From positions 862 through 64,861 of the forward strand of contig JAGHAZ010000056.1 in NCBI GenBank assembly GCA_021161255.1: a stretch of 64,000 bases of DNA, read 5' to 3'. The notes beneath the pieces were generated by a model, which made no database searches, had not been told where the DNA came from, and was given only the letters and a program-made list of their open reading frames with translations. A program made the position numbers and the translations under genes. Shown here piece after piece: positions 29,780-39,892 of this stretch. The stretch is from Candidatus Bathyarchaeota archaeon (lineage in GTDB: Archaea; Thermoproteota; CALKCG01; B24). The first letter of the stretch is position 1. The number at the start of each line of letters is the position of its first letter.

Positions 29780-29990
29780 CGGCAGTTTCACCCTCACACC
29801 CCGGTATAGTCAGCGGTTGAGCCGCATATCATCCACATCCACCGGGGGGAGGTGTCTTTTCTGCGCCGGAGCCGAGGCTCTCGCCTCCCACGTCGCCGTG
29901 GTGCGGCTCCGCCTGCGTGGAGGAGTTTCCTCCAGACACCTGGGTCAAACCCAGATGTCCGGAAACCCACCCACCGGCTTACCCACCCCG
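29780..29990 (-). ncRNA. GC-rich structured RNA candidate (unknown class) downstream of an archaeal TATA box
   Basis: About 210 nt at roughly 68% GC, well above the flanking regions. It holds several perfect hairpins (ctggg-tttga-cccag, tggagg-agttt-cctcca, ccgg-aaacccaccca-ccgg, ggagccg...cggctcc). No ORF covers it on the minus strand. A TATA box sits at 30012-30021. Confidence 0.25.
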
Positions 29991-30011
29991 TTATCGATAG
30001 GTGTCGCTGGG

Positions 30012-30021
30012 TTATATAAAG
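30012..30021 (-). promoter_or_regulatory. archaeal TATA box (CTTTATATAA on the minus strand)
   Basis: Near-consensus TTTAWATA, directly downstream of the PfpI stop and about 25 nt upstream of the GC-rich block. Confidence 0.4.
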
Positions 30022-30061
30022 ATAGAGAAATTGGAAAAATAGGGTTTGGAGAAGTATGTGG

Positions 30062-30613
30062 CTACTTCTTGAGTAGCTTGATGAACTCTCTCATGAAAGC
30101 CGGTAGGTCTGGCCATGCCCTGCTTGTCACGAGGTTTCCGTCTACGACTACCTCCTGGTCGAGGTATACTCCACCCGCGGATTCGATGTCCGGCTTGAGA
30201 ACTCCATATGCCGTGAGTCTCCTACCCTTGACAAGCCCATACGCTGTTAGGACTAGGGGGCCGTGGCATATGGCGGCTACGGGTTTACCGGTATCGAAGA
30301 AATGTCTCACTATAGGCTCAAGCTCGGCATATGTCCTTATATACTCAGGCGCCCTCCCGCCTGGAATTATTAAGCCGTCGTAATCCTCAGGTTTAACCTC
30401 TTTAAAACTTAGGTCGACCCAGATAAATCTGTAGCCTGGCTTCTCGGTGTATGTTTCCACTCCGGTTTCAAAATCGTGGACGACCGTGAACAAAGGCTTC
30501 TTACTCGGAGCCGCCACGTGTACCTCAAACCCCTCCTCCTTCAGCCTCCAGTAGGGGTAAAATATCTCCTGAGCCTCGACCGCGTCACCCACCACTACTA
30601 GGACTTTAACCAA
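30062..30613 (-). CDS. pfpI: DJ-1/PfpI-family intracellular protease/deglycase
   Basis: AAICHGPLVL nucleophile-elbow motif. 183 aa. Confidence 0.85.
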   Translation of the reverse strand: MVKVLVVVGDAVEAQEIFYPYWRLKEEGFEVHVAAPSKKPLFTVVHDFETGVETYTEKPGYRFIWVDLSFKEVKPEDYDGLIIPGGRAPEYIRTYAELEPIVRHFFDTGKPVAAICHGPLVLTAYGLVKGRRLTAYGVLKPDIESAGGVYLDQEVVVDGNLVTSRAWPDLPAFMREFIKLLKK

Positions 30614-30666
30614 TAAACTTCACCTGTGAAAAATACTATACGTTTATTTGTTAAATTTTTAGCTGT

Positions 30667-32043
30667 CTACGGTAAGACTTTACCTGGATTTAGTATACCG
30701 TTGGGGTCGAATAGCCGTTTGATCTCCCTCATGAGTGCTATATGGATTTGGCTCATGTACTTCGCGGCGCTACCTATCCTAACGGCTCCTATACCGTGCT
30801 CACCTGTTATCGTCCCACCCAACCTGACGGCCACATCGTATATCTCCTGTCTGACCCTATCATAGTCCTCCATGCTCCACCCCTCCTCCTTCATTATGTG
30901 GACGTGTATGTTTCCGTCACCAGCGTGGCCGTAGGCCGGTAGATAGGTTCCGTAACGCTCGGCTATACGCTCCACCTCATCCATGAAAGCCCCTATGGAG
31001 GCCGGTGGAACCGTTGCGTCTAGGATATCCACCATATCCGGCTTAAGCGCCGTATAGATCTCGCTACGGATTTTAAGGATCCTATCCTGCTCCTCCCTGC
31101 TTTCGGCCAGCAACGGTTCGAGAGAGCCTAAATCCTCGCAAAGGGACAGAATCCTCTCGCACTGGGCGTAGAGGGAATCCTCAGACGGTTCGGCTAGAAC
31201 GAGTATAAGAAAGCTTTCTCCGACTTTACACGGCCACTCCAGGCCCAAGTGTTGCGCAGACCTCTCTATAGGAGCCTTCTCGACATATTCGAGAGCCAGC
31301 GGTAGTATGCCTGCCTGGAGGATCCTCGGAACCGCTTTCACGGCGGTACTTCGCTTTTCGAACGGTATTATCAAGGTCGCCATAGCCGGAAGCCTCGGAT
31401 AAAGCCTTATCCAAGCCTTCGTTATGACGGCTAACGTCCCCTCACTCCCGATAATAAGCTGCATCAGGTCGTAGCCTAGGTTATCCTTCATAAGCTTCCC
31501 TCCGAGCCTCAAGACCTCACCCGTCGCCAAGACAGCCTCCAACCCCCTTACGTAGTTCCTGATAACCCCCGTCTTAACAGCCCTAGCTCCACCCGCGTTA
31601 CATGCTATGAGACCACCTATCTGAGCCCCCTCATCTCCTGGATGGGGTGGAAAGAAGAGTCCAGCCTCTTCCGAAGCCTTTATCAGGTCTCCTAGAGTTG
31701 CGCCAGCCTCAGCCTCAGCCATAAGGTTCTCCCGGTCGACCGTTATCTTGTTCATCCTCTCCAGGGATAAGACTATACCGTTACGGGTGGGTATGCATCC
31801 TCCCACGAGACCGGTTCCTCCCCCTCTGGGAAACACGGGTATCCTATGTTCATTCGCATACCTTAAGACCTCTGAGACCTCCTCCACCGAACCTGGTTTG
31901 ACGACGACCACGTCTTTGGATGGAACTGGCCTTATAGGCGGAGGCGTCTCATCTAAGAGATACCCGGCCACTAGGTCTCTACCGTAGATAACCCAGTCAT
32001 ACCCGACGATCTCCCTAAGCTTACCAACAGTTTCTTCATTCAT
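30667..32043 (-). CDS. FAD-linked oxidase (GlcD / D-lactate dehydrogenase family)
   Basis: N-terminal FAD-binding PCMH domain (VVKPGSVEEVSEVLRYANEHRIPVFPRGGGTGLVGG) and a C-terminal FAD-oxidase_C domain. Confidence 0.8.
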   Translation of the reverse strand: MNEETVGKLREIVGYDWVIYGRDLVAGYLLDETPPPIRPVPSKDVVVVKPGSVEEVSEVLRYANEHRIPVFPRGGGTGLVGGCIPTRNGIVLSLERMNKITVDRENLMAEAEAGATLGDLIKASEEAGLFFPPHPGDEGAQIGGLIACNAGGARAVKTGVIRNYVRGLEAVLATGEVLRLGGKLMKDNLGYDLMQLIIGSEGTLAVITKAWIRLYPRLPAMATLIIPFEKRSTAVKAVPRILQAGILPLALEYVEKAPIERSAQHLGLEWPCKVGESFLILVLAEPSEDSLYAQCERILSLCEDLGSLEPLLAESREEQDRILKIRSEIYTALKPDMVDILDATVPPASIGAFMDEVERIAERYGTYLPAYGHAGDGNIHVHIMKEEGWSMEDYDRVRQEIYDVAVRLGGTITGEHGIGAVRIGSAAKYMSQIHIALMREIKRLFDPNGILNPGKVLP

Positions 32044-33040
32044 CCGCTAATCCTCCTTTAATCCTCTTCAATGCCTCGATAAGTTTTGGCACGACCTCGT
32101 ATAAATCCCCTACTACTCCATAGTCCGCGACCCTGAATATGGGGGCCGAGGGGTCTATGTTTATAGCTACTATCACGTCAGACCCCCTCATACCCGCTAA
32201 GTGCTGAGGTGAGCCTGAGATACCGCAGGCCACGTAGAGCCTAGGCTTCACCGTGTTACCGCTGAAACCCACTTGGTAATCCTTAGATATCCATCCCTCA
32301 TCCACCAGAGGTCTACTCACCCCTAGGACACCGCCTAACAATGATGCAAGCTCCTCGAGCATCTTCAAGTCTTCCTTACGCTTTAATCCCCTACCCCCGG
32401 CGACGATCACGTCTGCGTCTGCGAGGTTCACCCTTCTAGCGGAGACCTTACCTAGAAACCTCAACCCGGTCTCCGGGACTTTGCTAAGCTTTTTCTCCAC
32501 GATCACACCCTTTCTCGAAGTGTCTCTCTGGAGCGCTTTCATGACCCTATATCTGACGGTGGCCATGACGGGCCTGCTTCTCGTCTTGATATGTGCTAGT
32601 ATGTTGCCTGTGAAGGCCGGTCTTATCTGGACGAGTTCCCCATCCTTGTCGACCTGAAGGTCTATACAGTCCGCCGTAAGCCCCGTATTCAAAGCCGCGG
32701 CCACTCTGGGGGCTAGGCTTCTACCGAGTGGAGTAGCACCGACTAGGAAAACCGACGGTTCGATCTCCTCGGCCAACTCCACGAGCACATGCTTATATCT
32801 GACGACGTCGAACACCTCAAGCGACGGATGGTCGTATAGGAATACCCTATCGGCTCCGTAGTATATGAGCTCCTTAGCCTGCTCCTTGACGCGATGTCCT
32901 AGAAGTACGCTCCAAAGCTCCACCCCTAGTCCATCGGCTATCTCCCTGCCCTTCCCTAAAAGCTCGAACGAAACCGGGTGTATGACTCTGTTCTCATGCT
33001 CGGCGTATACAAGCACTCCTCCCTTAGCCGGCTGGCTCAA
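32036..33040 (-). CDS. etfA: electron transfer flavoprotein alpha subunit (EtfA/FixB)
   Basis: C-terminal FAD-binding region IVAGGRG...LGGVLGVSRPLVDEGW. Overlaps etfB by 4 nt. Confidence 0.8.
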   Translation of the reverse strand: MSQPAKGGVLVYAEHENRVIHPVSFELLGKGREIADGLGVELWSVLLGHRVKEQAKELIYYGADRVFLYDHPSLEVFDVVRYKHVLVELAEEIEPSVFLVGATPLGRSLAPRVAAALNTGLTADCIDLQVDKDGELVQIRPAFTGNILAHIKTRSRPVMATVRYRVMKALQRDTSRKGVIVEKKLSKVPETGLRFLGKVSARRVNLADADVIVAGGRGLKRKEDLKMLEELASLLGGVLGVSRPLVDEGWISKDYQVGFSGNTVKPRLYVACGISGSPQHLAGMRGSDVIVAINIDPSAPIFRVADYGVVGDLYEVVPKLIEALKRIKGGLADE

Positions 33041-33813
33041 CGTACGAACCCCTCCCTACGTAAAGCATCTATAAGCCTCTCGACGGCGTCTTCACCCCTG
33101 AATATGAGACCCTTCCTCTCCTCCTCCGAGGGTATAGTTATCCTAGTGACCAGCGTCATCGAGCCTTGAAGCCCAAACCTACAAGCCTCACCGTACTCTG
33201 CCAAACTATCGGCATTCCAAACCTCCACCTTAGCTCTCCTAGCTTTGAGCACGTCCCGGAGGGTCGGTAGACGAGGGGTATTTATATCCTTAGTTACCGT
33301 TATCAGCGCCGGGAGCCTAGCCTCGAAGAGATATTTATCACCCATATCCGAGACCACGAGAATCTTATCGTCTGAGACCTCCCTGACCTCGCATACATAG
33401 GCCACGTGGGGGATCCCAAGGTGCTCGGCTACCTCTGGGCCCACCTGACCTGTATCTCCGTCGACGGTTTTCTCACCGCACACTATGAGGTCGAACGAGC
33501 CGAGCTTCCTTATGGCGGTCGCCAGGGTGTAGGAGGTGGCTAAGGTGTCGGCTCCGGCGAACCGTTTATCGGTTAAGAGTATAGTCCTATCGGCTCCTCT
33601 AGCTAGGGCATCTCTCAGGCTCGACTCTGCTTGAGGCGGTCCCATGCTTATGACGGTTACTCGACCGCCTAACTTCTCTTTAAGCCGGACGGCCGTTTCC
33701 AACGCGTTCAGGTCAAACGGGTTTGTCTCGGCAGGTGCTGAGCTCCGGTCGACTCTACCCGTCTCTACGTCGAATCTAACCTTCTGGATATCTGGAACCT
33801 GTTTGATGAGCAC
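33037..33813 (-). CDS. etfB: electron transfer flavoprotein beta subunit (EtfB/FixA)
   Basis: MLIKQVPD...NPFDLNALE...VISMGP, typical EtfB. Confidence 0.8.
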   Translation of the reverse strand: MLIKQVPDIQKVRFDVETGRVDRSSAPAETNPFDLNALETAVRLKEKLGGRVTVISMGPPQAESSLRDALARGADRTILLTDKRFAGADTLATSYTLATAIRKLGSFDLIVCGEKTVDGDTGQVGPEVAEHLGIPHVAYVCEVREVSDDKILVVSDMGDKYLFEARLPALITVTKDINTPRLPTLRDVLKARRAKVEVWNADSLAEYGEACRFGLQGSMTLVTRITIPSEEERKGLIFRGEDAVERLIDALRREGFVR

Positions 33814-33947
33814 GACTATGTGCAGACCTTAACCCTCCCAGTAGCATAAGGGTTAAACGTTAGAGAGTTCAAAAATCTATCTCTCTTATTGGGAAGCCTA
33901 ATCTTTTATGTGTAAGCGGTGGTTAAGTATAGGCTAGGTAGGTTTGA

Positions 33948-35279
33948 TTGCCAGGTTTATGGGTTCCAAGCTTAGACGAATTCAGGAGCTTACTTAAACT
34001 CGAACTTACCCAGATGTATGAGGAAGGCTTCGACGTAGGAGAGTTCTTGGAAAACCCGGGAGTCATCGACGAGATGAGGTTGAACGAGCTAAACGAGCTT
34101 TACCAGAAGCTTAAACATGCTCCGGTTAAGAGAGGCTATCCCTACACCGAACCTTCAGACCTAGACGGCATAAGAGATCTGAGACCCAGAGGACCTAGGG
34201 GGCTCGAGCTAGGCTATCCCAGGGAGAGGCTTGAAGACCGTATAGTCGGGGCTTGGTTCGGCAGGTGCATCGGCTGTCTTATAGGTAAACCCGTCGAAGG
34301 CTTCGACAGAGACCTGATAGAGAGGTATCTTAAATCGGCTGGCGAGTATCCTCCGAGAGGATATCTACCGGCTTTAGATAAGGCGGTCGAAGGGTTGCCA
34401 AGTGATTTCTCAGAAAGCAGGAGAGGAATGCTGAGGGGGAGTATAGAGTGTATGCCTAGAGACGACGATATAGACTACGCGATCCTTAACCTGCACGTGC
34501 TAGAGACCCACGGCTTCGATTTCACGACGGAGGACGTCGGGGTTGAATGGCTCAGCCATCTACCGTATAAAGCCACCTACACAGCCGAGAGAGCGGCGTA
34601 TAGAAACCTTGTCCTAGGTCTAAAGCCTCCTGAAACAGCCGTCTACATGAACCCATACCGGGAGTGGATAGGCGCCCAGATCAGGGCTGACCTTTGGGGT
34701 TACGTCGCACCTGGTCTTATCGAGTATGCGGCCGATATGGCTTATAGAGACGCAACGCTAAGTCATGTGAAAAACGGTGTATACGGAGAAATGTTTATAG
34801 CGGCTACTGTTTCAGCAGCCTTCGCGGTGAACGGTGTCGAAGAGGCCTTAAGGATAGGATTGACGGAGATTCCGAGGTCTTCGAGATTCGCCGAGGTTGT
34901 GGAAAACGTTATGAAATGGTCCAAAGTCGACGGATGTTGGGTTGACACATGGAAGCGGGTTATGAACACTTATGGTAGATACCATAGGGTTCACGTGCTA
35001 AACAACGCTGCTATAGTCGTCTTATCGCTGATGCATGGTGAGGAAGACTTCGTGAAATCGGTCGGCATATCTGTCATGTGCGGCTTAGACACCGACTGCA
35101 ATTGTGCAACGGTCGGCTCGATACTAGGGGCTTTAAAGGGGTTGAAGAGCATACCCGATAGGCTTGTTAAGCCTCTGAACGATAGGGTTAGAAGCATGGT
35201 CGCTGGCTTCGACGGTTCAAGCATAACCGAGCTAGCCCGCAGGACCCTAAAATTGGCCATTAAAAAGTTGAGTACATAA
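33948..35279 (+). CDS. ADP-ribosylglycohydrolase family protein (DraG/ARH-like)
   Basis: RIVGAWFGRCIGCLIGKPVEG and GLDTDCNCATVGSILGA metal-binding motifs of the ARH family. Confidence 0.7.
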   Translation: MPGLWVPSLDEFRSLLKLELTQMYEEGFDVGEFLENPGVIDEMRLNELNELYQKLKHAPVKRGYPYTEPSDLDGIRDLRPRGPRGLELGYPRERLEDRIVGAWFGRCIGCLIGKPVEGFDRDLIERYLKSAGEYPPRGYLPALDKAVEGLPSDFSESRRGMLRGSIECMPRDDDIDYAILNLHVLETHGFDFTTEDVGVEWLSHLPYKATYTAERAAYRNLVLGLKPPETAVYMNPYREWIGAQIRADLWGYVAPGLIEYAADMAYRDATLSHVKNGVYGEMFIAATVSAAFAVNGVEEALRIGLTEIPRSSRFAEVVENVMKWSKVDGCWVDTWKRVMNTYGRYHRVHVLNNAAIVVLSLMHGEEDFVKSVGISVMCGLDTDCNCATVGSILGALKGLKSIPDRLVKPLNDRVRSMVAGFDGSSITELARRTLKLAIKKLST

Positions 35280-35295
35280 AAGATTCCTTGAAAGT

Positions 35296-35559
35296 CTAAA
35301 CGAGCTCTAGGGTCTTCTGGATGGCTGAAAACCACCTGAGATAGGAGTTTAAAGCCGCCCTGAAAGCGGTTAAATCTTTGGCTTTAAACGTCAGAACTAG
35401 CTTATCCTCAACCCTATCTATAGTCACCGCTACCCTCTTAGACGGTAGGCTCAGCGTTTCAGGCCTCAAAGCCTTAAGAATAGGCTCCAATAGACCAGGT
35501 TTAACCTCTAGCTTGACCGAGCATTCGACCCTAAGAGACCGCTTACTGGGCTCTATCAA
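35296..35559 (-). CDS. pcc1: KEOPS complex subunit Pcc1-like
   Basis: 87 aa with a DLTAFRAALNSYLRWFSAIQKTLE Pcc1-type C-terminal motif. Sits in the expected superoperon position next to L37Ae. Confidence 0.5.
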   Translation of the reverse strand: MIEPSKRSLRVECSVKLEVKPGLLEPILKALRPETLSLPSKRVAVTIDRVEDKLVLTFKAKDLTAFRAALNSYLRWFSAIQKTLELV

Positions 35560-35813
35560 CCTCTGATCCTCGCAGCCACCCTACCCATCTCGGTGGTAGG
35601 CTGGTAGGCTCCTCCGGCGAACTTATAGCCGCACTTGAAGCACTTCCACACCCCTACACTCACTCGCTTAACCCTACGCATGCCGCACTTAGGGCAGACG
35701 TAGACGCTTTTAGCAGCCCGCATAACCCGAGCATACCGTTTCCTAAGAGGAGCCCCGTATTTCGCCTTAAGACTGCCTACCCCCGCGTTCTTAGGACCCG
35801 GCATCCAGGCCAC
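35556..35813 (-). CDS. rpl37ae: 50S ribosomal protein L37Ae
   Basis: CPKCG...CFKCG zinc ribbon and an AKYGAPLRKR N-terminus. Confidence 0.85.
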   Translation of the reverse strand: MAWMPGPKNAGVGSLKAKYGAPLRKRYARVMRAAKSVYVCPKCGMRRVKRVSVGVWKCFKCGYKFAGGAYQPTTEMGRVAARIRG

Positions 35814-36621
35814 TCTCCCTCCTGACGATTTCTATGAGCTTGGGAGCGGTTTTACACGCTATGGAAACCACCTCGAATACCTCGTCGACGGATAAGCTTC
35901 CGTCGAGCTTCTGAATAGCGCATACCCTCCCCAGCTCGTCGACGGATATACACACTCTATTATCTAAACTTAACTCCTCTTCGAGGTTGGGGTCGACTAT
36001 GAACGGCCCGTCGTCCGGCTTAGCGAGGGTTACGGTCACAGGTGTATGCAACACGGGTAGCGGTATATACTCTTCTTCGTATCTAAGCTCCCCCTCGTCT
36101 ACGCTGAACTTCCTGATCCTAGTATTCAGTAGGGCAAGTATCGAAGCCAACGCGGATGCGTCTATGAAGTTTCCATCGTGGTCTAAGACGTATATGTCTA
36201 GGAAGACCACGAAGACCCTCCTACCCGGCTCTATACATAGGCTCTTCAAATCTATAGTCTTGGTCTCCCTCAAGGTTCGGTCGATAACCCTAGCAAGCTC
36301 TATAGCCGTCTCGTCAGGTGGTCCTGGTTCAAAAGCAGGTGACGCAAGGGGGACAAGCTCCGCGTTAACCGTTAGGACACCTTGGTCTGGAACGTCTGAA
36401 AACGGCTCACCTATCCCGACCTTAACTCCGGCTAGGACTTTCGTGGAGCCTATCGAGACCTGAGCCGAGCCGTTAGCCCTACTTATTAAGCCGCATTTAA
36501 CGTCTATCGGCCTGTAGTCTAATAGTCCTCTGTCGTCTATCCTAGAGCCCTCTCTAAGCATGCTTATTATCCTATTCCTCACAAGTTGGGATACCACTCT
36601 AAACGTCTTCATCCTCCTCAC
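35791..36621 (-). CDS. rrp42: exosome complex component Rrp42 (RNase PH-like, non-catalytic)
   Basis: RNase PH fold. Lies downstream of Rrp41 in the conserved order. Confidence 0.8.
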   Translation of the reverse strand: MRRMKTFRVVSQLVRNRIISMLREGSRIDDRGLLDYRPIDVKCGLISRANGSAQVSIGSTKVLAGVKVGIGEPFSDVPDQGVLTVNAELVPLASPAFEPGPPDETAIELARVIDRTLRETKTIDLKSLCIEPGRRVFVVFLDIYVLDHDGNFIDASALASILALLNTRIRKFSVDEGELRYEEEYIPLPVLHTPVTVTLAKPDDGPFIVDPNLEEELSLDNRVCISVDELGRVCAIQKLDGSLSVDEVFEVVSIACKTAPKLIEIVRRESGLDAGS

Positions 36622-37318
36622 CTTTAATGGAGAGATACCTCTTCCTAAGCGTCTCCCTCTGAATCCTATTTATCTCCATACACCCCTTTACCGCCAGGTC
36701 GAAGGCCTGCTTAAACTCCTCCTCTGTAAGCACTCCGTTAAGCTGTAGAAGTACGACCTTGTTAAAACTAGGCATTATTGCGACAGGCATATCGGCCTCC
36801 GCCGCCTCATCCTCCTCATCGTTAAGGTCCAATATTATATGACCGTTATACTTACCCACCGCCACGGCCGATATAAGGTCCCTAATCGGGATACCGGCGT
36901 TAGCCAAGGCGAGGGAACACGCATTTATACTCGCGCACCTCGTCCCGCCGTCTGCTTCAAGAACTTCGATGAAAACGTCTATGGAGGTTCTCGGAAATCT
37001 CTCGAGAAATATCGTCTGGGATAATGCATCTTTTATGACCTTAGATAACTCGATTTCTCTACGCGACGGGTTTGGGCTCTTTCGTTCTCTAGTCGAGAAC
37101 GGAGCCATATGATACCTACACCTGACCACGGCGGCCTCCGGAGAAGCTTTATGTCTGGGGTGAAGCTCCCTAGGGCCGTAGACGGCTACTATGACCTTTG
37201 TATTTCCCTGCTCTACGTATGCAGAGCCGTCTGCCCTATCTAAAACGTCCACGGCCATCTTTATCGGCCTAAGCTGGTCCGGAAGCCTACCGTCTGGTCT
37301 CACAAACTCGCTAGACAT
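36599..37318 (-). CDS. rrp41: exosome complex exonuclease Rrp41 (RNase PH)
   Basis: RPDGR...LRPI and GTRCASINA catalytic-region motifs. Confidence 0.85.
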   Translation of the reverse strand: MSSEFVRPDGRLPDQLRPIKMAVDVLDRADGSAYVEQGNTKVIVAVYGPRELHPRHKASPEAAVVRCRYHMAPFSTRERKSPNPSRREIELSKVIKDALSQTIFLERFPRTSIDVFIEVLEADGGTRCASINACSLALANAGIPIRDLISAVAVGKYNGHIILDLNDEEDEAAEADMPVAIMPSFNKVVLLQLNGVLTEEEFKQAFDLAVKGCMEINRIQRETLRKRYLSIKGEEDEDV

Positions 37319-37994
37319 CTAAACCCCGACTCCTCCTTAAAAACTTCATAATTCTATCTGTTAAACCTGTTGTATGAGCCTCCCGCTCGATCTTCTCTAT
37401 AGCCTGGGCGACGAGCTCCTCGTCTTTAACGGTCTCGCCGACTATGTGGATCAAACCGTTTTTACCTATGGTTATCTGGCACCTCCCCTCCTTCTTAAGG
37501 AGGTTTATCATAGAGCCCTTCCTACCTATGAGCCTCGGTATCTTCGAAGGCGTCAATTCAACGACCATTCCCTTGGTTATCTTACCGAGGCCATGTCCCT
37601 GAACCGTTAGAACAGGGTTCCTAGTTCTGTCGAACTCGACTATCTGGGCTATTATCATGTCGCCTGGAGCTAAGGCGTCTCTGAGGGAGTTCCTAAGCGG
37701 GTTAAACCTACCCTTAAAGTAGTCTGAAGCGTTTAGGATAGCCGTATAAGGCGACCGTATATCTATCGTCCAGCTGAAGGTCCCCACGTCTATTACCTTA
37801 CCGATGACGAGGTCTCCTATTTTAGGCTCATAGACCCCGTGTAAGGCGATCACAGATACGACCTTCTTATCTATGGACAAGAGCCCTATCTTGGACGAGT
37901 AAAACCTCTTACCCTGTCTGAAGACGTTCAAACCAGCCTGATAATCGCCCTCTACGAGAAACTCTCCCGGCAAAACGATCCTACGTTCATTCAT
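37311..37994 (-). CDS. rrp4: exosome RNA-binding cap subunit Rrp4 (S1 + KH)
   Basis: S1 then KH-like ([11 protein letters not shown]) arrangement. 227 aa. Confidence 0.8.
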   Translation of the reverse strand: MNERRIVLPGEFLVEGDYQAGLNVFRQGKRFYSSKIGLLSIDKKVVSVIALHGVYEPKIGDLVIGKVIDVGTFSWTIDIRSPYTAILNASDYFKGRFNPLRNSLRDALAPGDMIIAQIVEFDRTRNPVLTVQGHGLGKITKGMVVELTPSKIPRLIGRKGSMINLLKKEGRCQITIGKNGLIHIVGETVKDEELVAQAIEKIEREAHTTGLTDRIMKFLRRSRGLDV

Positions 37995-38006
37995 CTACCT
38001 ATCCTC

Positions 38007-38696
38007 CTACTTGAGTATCTTAGCTTGGGCGGAGCCCTTTGTAAACCTGCTGAGTTTATCTAGAAACTCCGCCTGAACCCCGGCGGGCATATCTATCAGA
38101 GCCGCCCAGGAGCCGTCGCTAAGCCACTCTTCCCTCTCAAGATAACCGTAGCTTCTGATGAAGCTATACATCTTAGGCGCGTATTGAGGCGGCACCTTAA
38201 TAGCCAGCTTAACCCTCTCGACCCGGAGCGGAAGTATAGGCCTTAAGGCTTCTATAACCTTAACCGCCTGGGCATCCGCGTCTTTAAACGGGTCTATCGA
38301 AACCCTGGCCTGTTGCATAGCCTGCTCGACCCTGATAGCCGGTATCGGAAGCCCGGTTCTAGGGTCTATACAGTTTTTAGTTATGAACGCTATTATTTGC
38401 TTCCTCTTCTCCTCGATAAGCCTCCTCCTCTGCTCGGCGGTTATCTGAAGCTCACCCTGTTTGAGAATCGTCTCCGCGATCTTCTTGATATCCGTCGTCC
38501 CGAAGCACTTTCTAAGCTTCTCCGACGAAGCCCTCAGCCCCTTCCGAGCATCGGTATAAACCTCGTAGTCCGCTAGAACGTTCTCGACATCCTTTAGTTT
38601 GCCAAGCCTATAGTTCAACGCCGGGTCAGGCTTGACCAGTATCTCGAACTTCTCACCGGATATATGTATCCTAGCTAGAACATAGCGTTCAGGCAT
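38007..38696 (-). CDS. sdo1: ribosome maturation protein SBDS/Sdo1
   Basis: ARIHISGEKFEILVKPD FYSH-domain start. 229 aa. Confidence 0.85.
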   Translation of the reverse strand: MPERYVLARIHISGEKFEILVKPDPALNYRLGKLKDVENVLADYEVYTDARKGLRASSEKLRKCFGTTDIKKIAETILKQGELQITAEQRRRLIEEKRKQIIAFITKNCIDPRTGLPIPAIRVEQAMQQARVSIDPFKDADAQAVKVIEALRPILPLRVERVKLAIKVPPQYAPKMYSFIRSYGYLEREEWLSDGSWAALIDMPAGVQAEFLDKLSRFTKGSAQAKILK

Positions 38697-38710
38697 AATT
38701 ATTCCCCATA

Positions 38711-39430
38711 CTACACGTTTTCAAGGTATTTAGCAACCTCCTCATCGGGTAAAACCCTGAAACGCTTAGTCTCCACAGGTATGACAGCTACTTTAAACCG
38801 TTTACCCCCATCTTTGCCACCGCTAGCCCTGACTATAGCCCTGAGGGCGGTCACTATGGCCTCCTCGACCGTCAGATCGGGATTATAGTTTTCCTCGAAA
38901 AACTCTATAGCCGCTTCGCTTCCCATACCTAGGGCCGCCGCCTTATAGCTCCAATAGTCTCCCCCGGGTAGTGTAGCGAAGAGTCTAGCCCCGTATCGGT
39001 CTACTCCTCCGAAGAGCATGGCTACGCCGAACGGTCTGACACCTGCGTGCTGAGTGTATAACTGTTTAATGTCGGCTATACGTTTAGCTAGGACCTCTAT
39101 GTCTATCGGCTCGTCGTACATGAGTCTATTACTCTGGGCGTATATCCTAGCCTGGTCTACTAGAACCCTAGCGTCCGGTCCGAAGCCGGCTATAGCTACA
39201 CCCACGTGGTCATCTATCTGGAATATCTTCCACGTGAAGTTATCGTCCAGAAGCCTAGAAGGAGGTCTCTCCTCTGCGGCTAGAATCGAGCAACTTTTAC
39301 AGGCTAGACCCACGATCGAAGCTCCTCTCTTAACAGCCTCTACGGCATACTCTACTTGGTAGAGCCTACCCTCGGGTGAGAATATCGTAATAACCCTATC
39401 ATATGCACCTGGTGCTGTAAACATATCCAC
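38711..39430 (-). CDS. psmA: proteasome subunit alpha
   Basis: YDRVITIFSPEGRLYQVEYA N-terminal signature. Confidence 0.9.
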   Translation of the reverse strand: MDMFTAPGAYDRVITIFSPEGRLYQVEYAVEAVKRGASIVGLACKSCSILAAEERPPSRLLDDNFTWKIFQIDDHVGVAIAGFGPDARVLVDQARIYAQSNRLMYDEPIDIEVLAKRIADIKQLYTQHAGVRPFGVAMLFGGVDRYGARLFATLPGGDYWSYKAAALGMGSEAAIEFFEENYNPDLTVEEAIVTALRAIVRASGGKDGGKRFKVAVIPVETKRFRVLPDEEVAKYLENV

Positions 39431-39562
39431 ACACTCCTTTACCTTATCTCATAAATTTTAGATAAACCAAGCCTTAAGCATTTCACATGTCTCGGCTGAA
39501 GCCCGTAGACTTCACCTTAAGGGGGAGGGGTATACTCTTAAAAAGTTTATGATTTCTACCCT

Positions 39563-39886
39563 TCAGTTTTTGAGAAATTTTCTTCTAAGCCTCTTCAAGG
39601 TTCCTGAAACACCTAAAACCTGTATGATAACTTTCTTTCCATCGACCTCTCTTAAGAGGCTTAAGGCCGCCCTTAGATACGGTAGAGAGCGGTGGTTCAC
39701 AGATATTATAGCCACCCCTTGGTCTTCGTTAAACTCTATAAGCCTCAAACCAGCTTTGCTGAGACCGTACTCTCCATAGAGGCGGAGGTAAATGTCGATT
39801 ACGCTGGACCATAGGCTCGTTTTAAAAACACGACCTCCCATAAGCTTCAGGGCGAGGTATCTCCGCTTAAACTCCCTCCTAGACAA
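39563..39886 (-). CDS. rnp2: RNase P protein component Pop5 (Rnp2)
   Basis: KRRYLALKL start and a VSGTLKRL C-terminal motif of the Pop5/Rpp14 family. Sits in the superoperon position. Confidence 0.6.
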   Translation of the reverse strand: MSRREFKRRYLALKLMGGRVFKTSLWSSVIDIYLRLYGEYGLSKAGLRLIEFNEDQGVAIISVNHRSLPYLRAALSLLREVDGKKVIIQVLGVSGTLKRLRRKFLKN

Positions 39887-39892
39887 GGATAG

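Noticed and set aside
29780-30000. Assignment of the GC-rich block to RNase P RNA or SRP RNA
   Set aside because: Only partial resemblance, namely CCGGCTTAC versus the CR-V region and GTCCGGAAAC. No CR-I GGAAAGTCCGG partner, no CR-II or CR-III, and no SRP helix-8 GGAA/AGCA loops. It cannot be supported without a covariance-model search.
29817-30383. 188-aa plus-strand ORF
   Set aside because: It lies antisense to the well-supported PfpI/DJ-1 gene and runs through the GC-rich block. Its low-complexity S/T/G/R-rich translation is not protein-like.
39431-39562. Possible C/D box sRNA in the psmA-pop5 spacer (ATGATT...CTGA-like strings)
   Set aside because: The box sequences deviate from consensus, and there is no terminal stem or regular 12-nt guide spacing.
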